DNA of 64,000 bases from an uncultured archaeon (GTDB lineage: Archaea; Aenigmatarchaeota; Aenigmatarchaeia; QMZP01; JACQNV01), in contig CAZVWU010000005.1 in assembly GCA_964631205.1 (NCBI GenBank), positions 19,711 to 83,710 of the forward strand, in the 5' to 3' direction. Made by a program: the position numbers and the translations under genes. A model generated the notes under the pieces. That model saw nothing but the letters and a program-made list of their open reading frames with translations. It was not told the origin of the DNA and ran no database searches. Below, piece by piece: positions 8,840 through 19,000 of the stretch. Every line of letters starts with the position of its first letter. Position 1 is the first letter of the stretch.

Positions 8840-11548
8840 TTATTCCAAACGTCCATAATCTCCGTAGAGCCAAGGCGAATATTTTTTGTGTGCTTTATCC
8901 AGTCCAGAGTCAACAGCTATAGAGCCGGCATAAGTAATCGGCACAGAATCGGTGAACTTGCAGGAAGTTGGTTTCTCCCTGTTAACCGGTTCTATTTTGC
9001 AATGTTGTTTGAATATTGGGACAGCGGTGCTGAAATCAAATTCGTCCTTCTCGAATAAGCCGGTCACTTTGAATGAAGGCACAAATGCATTGACATAGTA
9101 TTCGCTGTCTTCTTCCTTCACCTCAAAATCAAATCTCGTTATGCCCTTTATTAAAAAGTCGTGGGATAGTGTTTGGTACCTTCTGCATCCTTGGAAAGCA
9201 GAAAATTTCTTGCAGATTTTTTTCCTGTAAGTGACCTTTTTTGTTGTTGTGACTTCAGCAGTATATTCTTGGGGAGAGAGGTAGTCGATGACACTAGATG
9301 CTTGCGCTGTATGCTGTTTTTGAGGGGTTGTTACGGCTTCTTCGCCAGCCACATCCGCTGTTGCATTGGAAATAATAGCGGCTGTGAATATCGCTGATTC
9401 TCCTGGTTTTATAAATCCGTCCTGTGTTGCATTGGACCATAGAAGCCCGAGGATTTCGGTGTCAGCAGTTGCAGAAAAAATTGTGGATGTTATGGATGCT
9501 GTATTTGATTTGTCTACAAACTTGTGGTCTGACGCGTCTAACTGGAGTTCCACTCTTATTATATTTTGTTTTTCTGGATTGGCAACACGCAAGCTGATTA
9601 TATTCTTTGCTTCGCTTTCGCTCGCATTGATTGTTAACGGGAACTCAACAATATTGGAGGTTGCTGTGCCGTTTTTATAGGTTGTTATTAAATTGCCTTC
9701 AATTGTAGACTCCTGGTTCTGCCATAATGATAGGTCAATAGGCTCTATATCATCCAATAAAGTCTGCCCACCATTGGCCACCACAATTTCTATTTGGTTC
9801 CATGGCCTTTGGGTTTTGGGCTCGAAAGTAACTGATATCGAATCTGCTGTTTCCGGGGTTAGGTCTATTGCAAAAGGGAATTCCAATGTTTTCCTATCAT
9901 CGCTTGTCCTTGGTTGAAAACCGGGATTATATTCTTTATGCGCCGCCTCTGTGAATGGATATGGCGCGTTGACTACAGCTTTGTTGAAATTGAATATTAC
10001 AATGGGGTTTTTCTTTAATACAACATTCTTATTAAGGTCTGACATGCTTACAACATCAAAAAACTGGCCATACTGCGGATTGTAAACATTTAATTCGGAT
10101 ATCCCGCATGCAGAATGGGCTTCAACAATGCCTTCCTGGTCTGTCAACCCGAGAAGGCAGGGGCCTGCTGAGACTTTTGTGTCTGGTATTGGAGTTCCAC
10201 CAGAATCAGAGACGGAAATTTTAACCGGGCACTTCCTATCCCCGCAAGGGTCCTCTATCTCAGTAAAATTCCCTATGACATCGCAATTCCCTATTTCATT
10301 ATTATCTATATATGCCAGTGTCCCAAAATTTAACTCGAAATCGCCTGATTTCACAGTGGCCACTATCGGCATGTTTAAGCTGTATTCTATATCAAACCCG
10401 ACTAGGCAAAATGGTATCCATTGGTGGAGCGGTTTTGCGTTTGTTATCGAAACAGCATTTTGCGAAGGCTGGAAGTTTTTCTGGCTGACCTCAGAGCCCC
10501 TGTGGAATTTTATTTCCAGATCAGGATAAGTTTTGTTATTCAAGTCCGGGATATAATATTCAAGAAATTTCCTATCCTTGGGCGGCGGGTTAACAAGCCT
10601 TTCTGTATATTGTATGAGGTCTTCTCTCTGCTCCTCTGTTATATTTGCAAAGACTGCGTCTATCTCTTTCCTTTTCTCCTCTGGCACTGTTTCCAGCATC
10701 TCAGCAAACGTAAGCCTTTTTCCATCCCCAATAGGCGGCTGCTGCCAGAGCAAGATTTTGGATGCCGCAAAATCCACAATTTTTTCAGCTGCCTTCTCAA
10801 GGTCGTCCCTTGTCCTGAATATGGAATCTCCGCATTTCGACAGCATACCAAGCGTAGGGAAGAACCTTGGGTTTGTGTGGTACATCAAAGATGAAATAAA
10901 AATGTCGAGGTGCCTCTTTTTGGAATTGTCCTGGACAAAATCAGATGCAAAATCGTAGGCCCGTCGAAAAGACACGGGCACATTTATTTTATATGGCTGC
11001 ATGAGGTCAAAGCCTTCCAAGCTGGTTTTCATGTAGACATCTATCGCAATATCCTGGTCCCTGATCAGGACTTCGATATTTTCCCTTCTCGCTGGCTCTA
11101 TTTTTATTTCCTTGCCATAAGACTTTTTGATGGGGGAAAAATCAAAATCTTTTAGCCTATTCTCCAGGCCGAGCTTTATCTCCTCATTTATCCTGTCAAG
11201 GCTTGGTATAAACCTTTTCTGGCAGAGGCCCCAGTATGCGACTTTGCTCCCTGCAAAATTTATATTGTTGGGGGGGGCATTATAATATCCGCCCTGCCTG
11301 CCAATCCTGATGACCGTTTCTTCTGCCGCATTCTGGACAGCCCTTTCAATATCGCTCTTTACCAGCTTTTTCAGGTTTGCTATATTGGCGGGCTCAGGCT
11401 TGACGAGAGTCTGGCTTACAATTAAAGCGATTGTTATCGAGACGATTGCTATCGCGAGGATTATTATGATCTCTGTCTGCCCCTTCAGCCCTTTTCTTTC
11501 CCGAAATAAAAGGCCCGAACGCCCAAAAGAAAGGGGTTTAGTATACAT
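8840..11548 (-). CDS. Giant protein with an archaeal class III (type IV pilin-like) signal peptide
   Basis: N-terminus ...RKGLKGQTEIIIILAIAIVSITIALIV is a prepilin-type K/R-G cleavage site plus hydrophobic helix. 902 aa. Paralog of 21360..23444. Confidence 0.8.
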   Translation of the reverse strand: MYTKPLSFGRSGLLFRERKGLKGQTEIIIILAIAIVSITIALIVSQTLVKPEPANIANLKKLVKSDIERAVQNAAEETVIRIGRQGGYYNAPPNNINFAGSKVAYWGLCQKRFIPSLDRINEEIKLGLENRLKDFDFSPIKKSYGKEIKIEPARRENIEVLIRDQDIAIDVYMKTSLEGFDLMQPYKINVPVSFRRAYDFASDFVQDNSKKRHLDIFISSLMYHTNPRFFPTLGMLSKCGDSIFRTRDDLEKAAEKIVDFAASKILLWQQPPIGDGKRLTFAEMLETVPEEKRKEIDAVFANITEEQREDLIQYTERLVNPPPKDRKFLEYYIPDLNNKTYPDLEIKFHRGSEVSQKNFQPSQNAVSITNAKPLHQWIPFCLVGFDIEYSLNMPIVATVKSGDFELNFGTLAYIDNNEIGNCDVIGNFTEIEDPCGDRKCPVKISVSDSGGTPIPDTKVSAGPCLLGLTDQEGIVEAHSACGISELNVYNPQYGQFFDVVSMSDLNKNVVLKKNPIVIFNFNKAVVNAPYPFTEAAHKEYNPGFQPRTSDDRKTLEFPFAIDLTPETADSISVTFEPKTQRPWNQIEIVVANGGQTLLDDIEPIDLSLWQNQESTIEGNLITTYKNGTATSNIVEFPLTINASESEAKNIISLRVANPEKQNIIRVELQLDASDHKFVDKSNTASITSTIFSATADTEILGLLWSNATQDGFIKPGESAIFTAAIISNATADVAGEEAVTTPQKQHTAQASSVIDYLSPQEYTAEVTTTKKVTYRKKICKKFSAFQGCRRYQTLSHDFLIKGITRFDFEVKEEDSEYYVNAFVPSFKVTGLFEKDEFDFSTAVPIFKQHCKIEPVNREKPTSCKFTDSVPITYAGSIAVDSGLDKAHKKYSPWLYGDYGRLE

Positions 11549-11610
11549 ATATACTATAATTGAGCTAACCTGAATAAAAATAAAATATCAGAATTAAAGG
11601 GGCATCAAAA

Positions 11611-12969
11611 TCAGTATCTGCCTGCTCTTTCCCAATAATTATCATCAGCTTCTTCTTGGCTGCCCCTTCTTTTAAGCAGCATAAACAAAACAAGGGCCAC
11701 CAGGACTATCACAACTATTATAAGGACTGTCAGGTCGATCCCGCCTTCTGCTTTCTTGGATGTTTTTTGGGCAGGCTGGATTGTCTCCACACTCTCGGTT
11801 TTGTTGGCTGCCTTGTTTGCAAGGTCGCTGAAAGACCTGAGGTCTTCTGCCAAAGTTGAGTCTTTTGACCTTATTATTGCCTGGTTTATATCAGAAAGCG
11901 CTTTGGAGTCCAGTGCTTCTGTTGTTTTTAGCCTGTTTAAGTCGCAGGAAGCTTCGTTTACAGACAACGAACCCTGCAATGTTTTTGTTGCCTGGCCTTT
12001 TACTGATATTGTGAAGGTATACGAACATTCCGACCCTTCGGCCTCTAATTCTATAATTATATTTTCCCTGTTGGATATGGTTTTTGTTGTGGTGTTAAAG
12101 CCGGACTTTAAACCTCTTGGCAAGCTCAGTTCAACTGCATAATCTTTTTCTTCCCCATAGTTCCTTATCTCAAGGTAATATTTTACTGGCTGGCCTTTTT
12201 TTGTAGAGGCTGATTCAGGCATCAGGGTGGCTGAAAAATTGGCGGATGCGAGGGATTCCGGAGGATCCCGGACTGTTAAAAGTGTGGATGCTGTTTTTGT
12301 GCAGCCTGGGAGAGCGCAGCCCCTCACGACGGCTCTCACATTCAGGATGTTGTCTGTCTGGGTTCTTATCTTCTGGCTGACCACAATTTTTTCCTGGGGC
12401 CTTGTTGTGACAGATAAGGTTTTCCCTGTTTCCAGGATTTCAATGTCCATGTCTAGCCTTATGGTTGAATATATTTCTATCTGGTATTCGCCTTCTATGT
12501 TGGGCTCCAGATATGTCACGGGATCCATCCTTATATCGAAGTATTTCTGGTTCAGGCTCACCACAGCGCAGGGGTTCCCGCTTCCTGTGTCCTGGTCTTC
12601 CTGTTCAGCAACACAGATCCCATAATTGAATTCCTTCTGCTTTCCCCTTGCATCTGCTGTAAACTTAATGATTTTTGTCTGGTTTACAGCCTTTCCAAAG
12701 GTATTGAAGCAGATAGGTATGCTGACAGGGTTTCCAGGGTCAGTGAAGACCTCTGCGCTTGTAAAGTCGCACCATTCGCCGCAATCAGAGCTCAGGCTAA
12801 AAGTTGCAGGGACCCCAAACACGCCAACATCGTCAGGGATTTCAGCATTGATGCATTTCAGCGCCTCCGGCGCCATGGCAAAGTTCGTGCCGTCTTTCAG
12901 CGAGGCTTGAGCGGTTCCGGCAATAACAAGGAAACCTAAAATAAGCATTGCTCCTGTAAGGGATTTCAT
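11611..12969 (-). CDS. Secreted surface protein (signal peptide + C-terminal TM anchor). Paralog of 4845..6251.
   Basis: Start chosen at MKSLTGAMLILGFLVIAGTAQA (signal peptide), 30 nt downstream of the palindromic TATA at 13021. C-terminal TM LTVLIIVVIVLVALVLFMLL followed by KRRG. Confidence 0.7.
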   Translation of the reverse strand: MKSLTGAMLILGFLVIAGTAQASLKDGTNFAMAPEALKCINAEIPDDVGVFGVPATFSLSSDCGEWCDFTSAEVFTDPGNPVSIPICFNTFGKAVNQTKIIKFTADARGKQKEFNYGICVAEQEDQDTGSGNPCAVVSLNQKYFDIRMDPVTYLEPNIEGEYQIEIYSTIRLDMDIEILETGKTLSVTTRPQEKIVVSQKIRTQTDNILNVRAVVRGCALPGCTKTASTLLTVRDPPESLASANFSATLMPESASTKKGQPVKYYLEIRNYGEEKDYAVELSLPRGLKSGFNTTTKTISNRENIIIELEAEGSECSYTFTISVKGQATKTLQGSLSVNEASCDLNRLKTTEALDSKALSDINQAIIRSKDSTLAEDLRSFSDLANKAANKTESVETIQPAQKTSKKAEGGIDLTVLIIVVIVLVALVLFMLLKRRGSQEEADDNYWERAGRY

Positions 12970-13019
12970 AATATTATATTGTTCGACCCGCTTAAAAGAC
13001 AGAAATAGGGCCGCAAAAT

Positions 13020-13031
13020 GCTTTATAAAGC
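13020..13031. promoter_or_regulatory. Palindromic TATA box GCTTTATAAAGC. A likely bidirectional promoter, giving a leaderless transcript of 13054..14043 and a transcript of 11611..12969.
   Basis: Perfect 12-bp palindrome about 28 nt upstream of the GTG start. Identical boxes at 15087..15098 and 60379..60391. CTTATAAAG at 24766..24774. Confidence 0.55.
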
Positions 13032-13053
13032 CTGTTGCCATTCTTAAAATAAG

Positions 13054-14043
13054 GTGAATTTTATTAGCGGCTACCTAAGAGGTTTCATAGACGGGATTTA
13101 TAGTAGGGGCAGAAAAAATTTCAGGGACCTGCTAGCTTTTTCATTGGTTGGGGCTGTTTCTTTCGGATCAATGAAGGGGTATAAATCGTATACAGTGTAT
13201 ATTGAAAGGCGTGAAAAGGAGAGAGCGGCAATAGTAGAAGGGTTCGAGAGCCTTATTGAAGTTGACAGAGACTTAAAGGCAGATTATTCAGAAAAAATAG
13301 GCGCGGAAGCTGCAGAAAGGAAAAGGCTGGAGGCTCAACTCGTAGAGTTGAGAAAAAGATTGGAAAAAGGGATGGGGGATTATTCAACAGAATTAGAAAA
13401 AGACAGGAAAGAGAGGAAAGATTTTATGGCTGAGCTTAAAAAAATCCAGTTTCCCCCTTCCCAGATTCGTGTCGAGTCAACCATTTATCCCGGGCTGACT
13501 GGAAAGCCGTCAACAAAAGAAGAGCGTGCAAAAAAAGCGAGGATTTTGGTTGAGAGAATGAAAGATTCAGGATGCATGGTTAAAAAGAAAGAAATTATGG
13601 CAGAGAGACAAAGCATTGTGCTAGTTAAAAGCCTTGAGACTTCAAGGGGGCGAGCTGTTATTTACTCTATTGAGTGGATAGAAAAAGGAGGAAGAGGTTA
13701 TCAAGAATCTATGCTTGCTCTGGGACTTGATCCGAAAAAACCAATAGATAGTAATGAGATAGAAACCATGGCAAAGAAGTTTTTTGGTTTTTTGGATCAT
13801 TGGGGTGACTCCAGAAAGAGTCTTAGTTATAATGAATCGGCAATGAGGGATGCAGTTTATGAAACTTGCAGAGAAATCGTGATTGATTTTGAGCGCGATG
13901 GCGAACCAGATGGTTTCTTCAGAGACGGGATGAAAAGAGAGCTTGAAAAAGAAGTCGTGGGGATTTTCTACAACGGATTGCTTGATTCTTGCTTACAAGC
14001 CATCCCTGAAACACCCGATCAACCCGCGAACCCTAAAAGGTAG
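13054..14043 (+). CDS. Hypothetical protein, cassette family copy A (conserved N-terminus, variable C-terminal half)
   Basis: GTG start 28 nt after the TATA GCTTTATAAAGC. N-terminal ~90 aa and the last residues (PDQPANPKR) are shared with 15119..16087. The middle is unrelated. Coiled-coil-like region. Confidence 0.7.
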   Translation: MNFISGYLRGFIDGIYSRGRKNFRDLLAFSLVGAVSFGSMKGYKSYTVYIERREKERAAIVEGFESLIEVDRDLKADYSEKIGAEAAERKRLEAQLVELRKRLEKGMGDYSTELEKDRKERKDFMAELKKIQFPPSQIRVESTIYPGLTGKPSTKEERAKKARILVERMKDSGCMVKKKEIMAERQSIVLVKSLETSRGRAVIYSIEWIEKGGRGYQESMLALGLDPKKPIDSNEIETMAKKFFGFLDHWGDSRKSLSYNESAMRDAVYETCREIVIDFERDGEPDGFFRDGMKRELEKEVVGIFYNGLLDSCLQAIPETPDQPANPKR

Positions 14044-14165
14044 TTTTATTTAGGGCTTGCTTTTTGGAACAGCTATAACTGTGACACCATCTGATTCAAC
14101 CGGATCTTTATCATCAATATCTTTTATAGAAGACAGTTTTACTTTTATTTTATAGGGCTGGCCGC
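14044..14165 (-). pseudogene. Remnant of the C-terminal end of a giant-protein gene (paralog of the 3' end of 16090..21345)
   Basis: DNA at 14044-14165 is near-identical to 16088-16210. The minus-strand translation ends ...VTVIAVPKSKP*, like the 1760-aa protein. No upstream ORF continues it. Confidence 0.5.
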
Positions 14166-14274
14166 CCCTGCAATCTGGCCTATATCGCTATCGAAGGGTT
14201 GCATGGCGTCACCTAAGATTGGGGAGGCCTGTTGTTGAGTCTGGTTTATTAATTCCTGTTCCAATTATTGTGAT

Positions 14275-14766
14275 ATGATTCTCATCGACACTTCAGTATA
14301 TATAGCCGCTGAAGAAGATGGCTCTATTGAAAAATTGTTAGAGCAGATTTCAGAAAAGATGTTTATACATTCATGTGATGTTATAGAAAAGGAGATTAAT
14401 CTCGCCGCTGATTTTTTAAGAAGGACCGATAGAAAAATTGAATCAGAAAAATTAAAAGCCATCTATGAAAAAATAAAAGAAGGCAACATTAGAACAAGTG
14501 AAAGGATACTAAGGCTGTCTGAAGACTATCATTCTGAAGCTTCACAGCTCTCTAAAAAGGATCATAAAAAGATAAAAGCCGATTTTTTGATAGTGGCCTC
14601 TGCATCTGTAGCTGGGGTAAAAAAAATCCTGTCTTTTAACAGGAAAACAATGGCATCTGAACAGACCATAAAAGTATACAATATAGTAAATACCAGAAAT
14701 AATTGCAAAACACCTGCATTTTTGACAACAAAAGAAGAATTAAGAAAGCTCTTGGAGTCTCTTTAG
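14275..14766 (+). CDS. PIN-domain-like protein (VapC-like). No cognate antitoxin found.
   Basis: N-terminal MILIDTSVYIA and C-terminal DFLIVASASVAGVKKILSFNRKTM match the PIN acidic-residue layout. Longer (163 aa) than classic VapC. Confidence 0.5.
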   Translation: MILIDTSVYIAAEEDGSIEKLLEQISEKMFIHSCDVIEKEINLAADFLRRTDRKIESEKLKAIYEKIKEGNIRTSERILRLSEDYHSEASQLSKKDHKKIKADFLIVASASVAGVKKILSFNRKTMASEQTIKVYNIVNTRNNCKTPAFLTTKEELRKLLESL

Positions 14767-15086
14767 TTTAAGCCGATTTCTGCGCTCCTTTTCGATATTC
14801 TCATTTACCATTTCATCTATTTCGTCAGCAGCCTGCTCTCTGATAAACCTGGTAAACTCTACAGCATCCATCATTTTTCCATTCACTTCAATCCCTTTTT
14901 TCATGATTTATATATAGGCCGGGTACTTAAATAGCTTGCAGGCTTCAATGGTGTGTCTAATCGGTGTTCATATATTCCGGGAAAAGAGGCCTGTGAAACA
15001 CATGAATCACCGGATATATATTATTGGTTAACCGTTAACTGACTGAAAAGTGTAACCTTAAGAAGTTTACTTTACGCCACCGAATG

Positions 15087-15098
15087 CTTTATAAAGCC
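15087..15098 (+). promoter_or_regulatory. Palindromic TATA box GCTTTATAAAGC for 15119..16087 (leaderless)
   Basis: Same box and the same spacing to the start as the copy at 13020. The surrounding ~45 nt are duplicated. Confidence 0.55.
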
Positions 15099-15118
15099 CC
15101 TTTTCATTTTTTAATAAG

Positions 15119-16087
15119 GTGGATTTTATCAGATACCTAAGCGGTTTGGTGGACGGGATTTATAACAGCAGGAAAACCAGGGACCTGCTCGCTTTTTCAT
15201 TAGTGGCGGCTTTGCCTTTCGCATCAATAAAGGGGTATAAAGCATACACAGGGTATATTGAAAGGCGTGAAAAGGAGAAAGCGGCAATAGTAAAGGGGTT
15301 CGAGGACTTTAGTGAAGCTGAGAAGGCCTTGCGCGCAGATTATTCAGGAAAAATAGGCGCGCTGGAGGCTGAACTCGGGGAGCTGAGAACAAAATTGGAA
15401 AAAATAGGGGACCTTGAAAAAGTCCAGTGGCCAAAGGCAGAGGCAGGACCCTTGCCTATTCCTAAAAAGAAAAAACTTTCACCAGAAGAGAAAAAAGAGG
15501 CCGCTGAGAGGAGGCAGGTTAAAGCCATCAGGCTTGCCAATTACATCAAAAGCACTGCCACTATAGTAAACCATAAAGGGCTTATTGAAATATATTTTGA
15601 AGGCTATGGAGACGAGAGGCGTAGCTTTAACATGATAGAATTCAATTTGCCACTTAAAACTCATCTCGGAAACTGCAATGCGTATTATCTGGAATTTAAT
15701 ACCGGAAATATTTTTGCTGATGACATAAGAAAGATGCTTGTTCTTGGGGTAAATTCAAGAGACCCCAACAAACAATGCTCTTTAGCTGATAGTCTTGCTT
15801 CCGATACTATCAGAGTTAACAATAGAGATGCATCAGATCCCAGAAACGGCAATATACGTGTATTTCTTGCCGCAAAGAGAAATTTTGAATATGTGATCGG
15901 TGAGCCGGCTAAGTACAGGATATTTGGTGATGCACAGGTAGCGTTTCATAGAGAGGCGGAATGGCTTTTCCCAAACGAAGATGAGATGAACCAAAAATAC
16001 GAAGAATTATTAGACATATTTACAATTGTGGCTTCTACCGCTGAACCTAGCTCTGAAACTCCCAATCAACCCGCGAACCCTAAGTAG
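15119..16087 (+). CDS. Hypothetical protein, cassette family copy B
   Basis: Shares the promoter, N-terminal ~90 aa and terminal ...NQPANPK with 13054..14043. The C-terminal half is different. Confidence 0.7.
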   Translation: MDFIRYLSGLVDGIYNSRKTRDLLAFSLVAALPFASIKGYKAYTGYIERREKEKAAIVKGFEDFSEAEKALRADYSGKIGALEAELGELRTKLEKIGDLEKVQWPKAEAGPLPIPKKKKLSPEEKKEAAERRQVKAIRLANYIKSTATIVNHKGLIEIYFEGYGDERRSFNMIEFNLPLKTHLGNCNAYYLEFNTGNIFADDIRKMLVLGVNSRDPNKQCSLADSLASDTIRVNNRDASDPRNGNIRVFLAAKRNFEYVIGEPAKYRIFGDAQVAFHREAEWLFPNEDEMNQKYEELLDIFTIVASTAEPSSETPNQPANPK

Positions 16088-16089
16088 TA

Positions 16090-19000
16090 TTATTTGGGCT
16101 TGCTTTTTGGAACAGCTATAACCGTGACCTCATTTGATTCAACATCTCCCTGAATGCCACCCATTTCGAGCTTTACTTTTATTTTGTAAGAGGTGCCGGC
16201 TGTTACTGATTCCCTTTCTACCAAAAGTTCAGCCCTGCCATTATTAATTATTGCTTTCTGTTTGGCGTCAGTATTATCAATTGCCAGCAATGCTTCAGCA
16301 TGTTCCTCACCATTTTCCACTTTTACTTTAAAAGAAAGTTTTGTACCATCAAAATTTTCATCAAACACTGTGATATGAGGCACCTTAATCTCCCTCTTTA
16401 CTTCTTTTATCTTTTCGTCCTCGAGGGTTGCCTCATTTTTAAAGTCCTCAAATGATTGGTCTGTGAAATGAAGGCGGAGCATATCTTTTATAGGTGTTGC
16501 TTGTTTTATAGTCAGATCACTGTTTTGCCTTAATTTTTCGTTTCCAGCTGCCTTTACATGGCCAGGGAAAAAGGTTATTATCATGTTATTCTGCAACTCA
16601 GCGAAGGTGTTAGAACTGGATTTTGAATTCAGATCATTTATGTTATCCTTTATTAGTTGTGCAGTTTTCTCCCTAATTAACTCAAATTCGTAATTAGTGG
16701 CATCATTTTTAAATTTTATTATCAGATTATCTGTGGGTTTGCCATCAGGCCCTTTTTCTTTTTGTATACTCACCACCCTAAACGGCAGGGAAGAGTAGAC
16801 CCCACTGTCAAACTTGCCTCTGGAAAGGCTGTCTTGCTTGAATTTTACGGTACCTGTTTTTTTGCCAATAAATTCGCCTACCGTTTTGGTATTTGGGTGG
16901 ACTGCTTCCTCAATGATTATGGAATCAATTATGTCTGAAATACTGGGGTCTGACAGCTTCAGATTTTTATTCTCAATTGCCAGCGGCCTTGCTCCAGTCT
17001 CTGAAAATGCTATCAAAACTCCTTCTTTGAGTTGTTCACGGTTTTTGATTGTTGCAGCATTTGGATGTTTTGTTGTGTCTGCGAAATACATCACATCGCC
17101 CGGACTCAGGTCAGCTATTTTAGTAGCGGATTTCAGGTTCCTGAAAACTGATTTTCCTATTTTTGTGGTATCAGATCTGGAGACATCAGCTTTACTGTAG
17201 CCGAAATCTACATCAAGCTCGATTTTTCTCTTCTCGGGATCCCCAGACTTTGGTATGCAGGTATATTTAACCACATACGTCCCCTGATCTAAATCAGGTA
17301 TCTTTGCTTCGGCGTCATCCGGCTTTAGCACGATTCTCTTTGACTTGCCTGTTGAGAAGGCTCCTCCAACATAGTCGGCTTTTTTCCCGTATTCCACCAA
17401 ACAGTTTTCAAGTTCAACAGCTTCACCCTGGATTTTTTTATTTGAGAGCATGACAATCGCCTCTTTCTGGTTAACCCTGTATTCGCATGTCCTTGTGAGC
17501 TCTGATTTTGTGCTGTCTACCCTTATTCCATGTATAGCCACGCCAAGTTCTTTTGACGGGACCAGCCATAGCTTCCCTTCCTCTGGGCATCCTTCAAGCG
17601 GCTGACCTATGTTGGCGGCAATATTCCTTCCGGGCAGCTGTGAGCAGTCCTGCCTGTAGGTGACCGTGAGGCTTTCACGCTGCGTCAGCTTGGGGCAGTC
17701 ATATTCAAACACATATTCGCCGTCTGCAGGGTCGCCTATGTTGAAGATCGCAGGCGCATTCTGGGGACTGCTTGGGCCTGCCGTGAGGCCTAACAGCTGC
17801 TTGAGGCTTCTCGGCTCTGCAGTTGCGTCCTTTATGCCTGTGAGGATAAGGGATGTCTTGGATTTTATTATATTTGTGTGCTGGGTAAGCTTGATGTCAG
17901 TTAGCGTGTCTTTACCTATTTCATCTTTTATTGATTTGGCCTCTACTTCTATCTGGGCTGCTGCATTTTTGACAGCTGCGCTTGCAGTTATTGTTTTGTC
18001 ATTCGGGTCTGCAAGCCTGCTGGCCTGGCTTTGGATTTCAAACGCCAGCGACTCTATCCCCTCAAGAGTCTTTTTCTTTTGATTTTGCAGGGCGTTTTTA
18101 TCGCCCAGGTAATCTGGTTTCTCCAGCTCCCTGTCTATCCTTCTCAATTCAACTGCGTAAGACGTCTCAAGGTTAGTGGCACGGACATCTATATTGTTGA
18201 CAGCTGTCCTCAGCGCGTCTGTGACCCCCGAAGCCTGCTTCCTGTATTTGATGTCCCAATTCCCGCCGCAGACGAAATTGTTGCCGTTCTCAAGCTCAAA
18301 TATCACCTGGTCCTGCCCGCATGCCTCATTTGTCCTCTCGAAGTTCTGGCCTGTCTGTGTGTTCTTTGCAGTCATTGAAAACCCGATCTTCCTGTACTGG
18401 TTTGCATAGTTTTGGAAGTCAGTTGTCCTCTGGTCAACATAATTATTCAGACCTTGGAGTGTATTTGATGCAGCCCCAAGATACTGGTTGTTGCAGGATG
18501 TAAATTGCGCAACGCAGTTCAGCGCGGCCTGCCCTGCCTGCTGGGGGTTCTCAGGGTCTGCCCCATTGCAGAGGCCGTCGCCGATATTGTGGATGTTAAT
18601 GTCCATGCACAGCATGAAAGACTGTATTTCCGTGAGCGCTTTCGCCATCTGCGTGTGGATGCTCATCATGGTCTCAGCAACTTTGCAGACAGCAAGGCCT
18701 GCAGTTGTCAGCTGCCCAATCCCCTGCAGGAAAGCCCCTATCGCAGTAAAAGCAGTATTCTGCCCCTTGTCATTGGCCTGGTTGGCGGCATTGTTGATTA
18801 TTGTGATCGGATTCCCCCTTGCTTCCGGGTTTTTCGGGTCGCCTATCCCAGTCACAGTTCCAGGGGTAAGGCCAGAAATTACTTGTGGATGAAATGCTGA
18901 TTGTGGCAGTTTCGTGGCCCTTAAGTTTGCTTTATTTGGATCTATCCTAACAAGATCGTCTGCGTATTGGTTTTGTTCACCGTCAACAGATAATATGTGA

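Noticed and set aside
14935-15060. Imperfect inverted repeat TTCATATATTCCGG...CCGGATATATATT and the adjacent GGTTAACCGTTAAC palindromes upstream of cassette copy B
   Set aside because: This could be an operator. But the equivalent region upstream of copy A lacks it, and AT-rich palindromes of this size are common by chance in 40% GC DNA.
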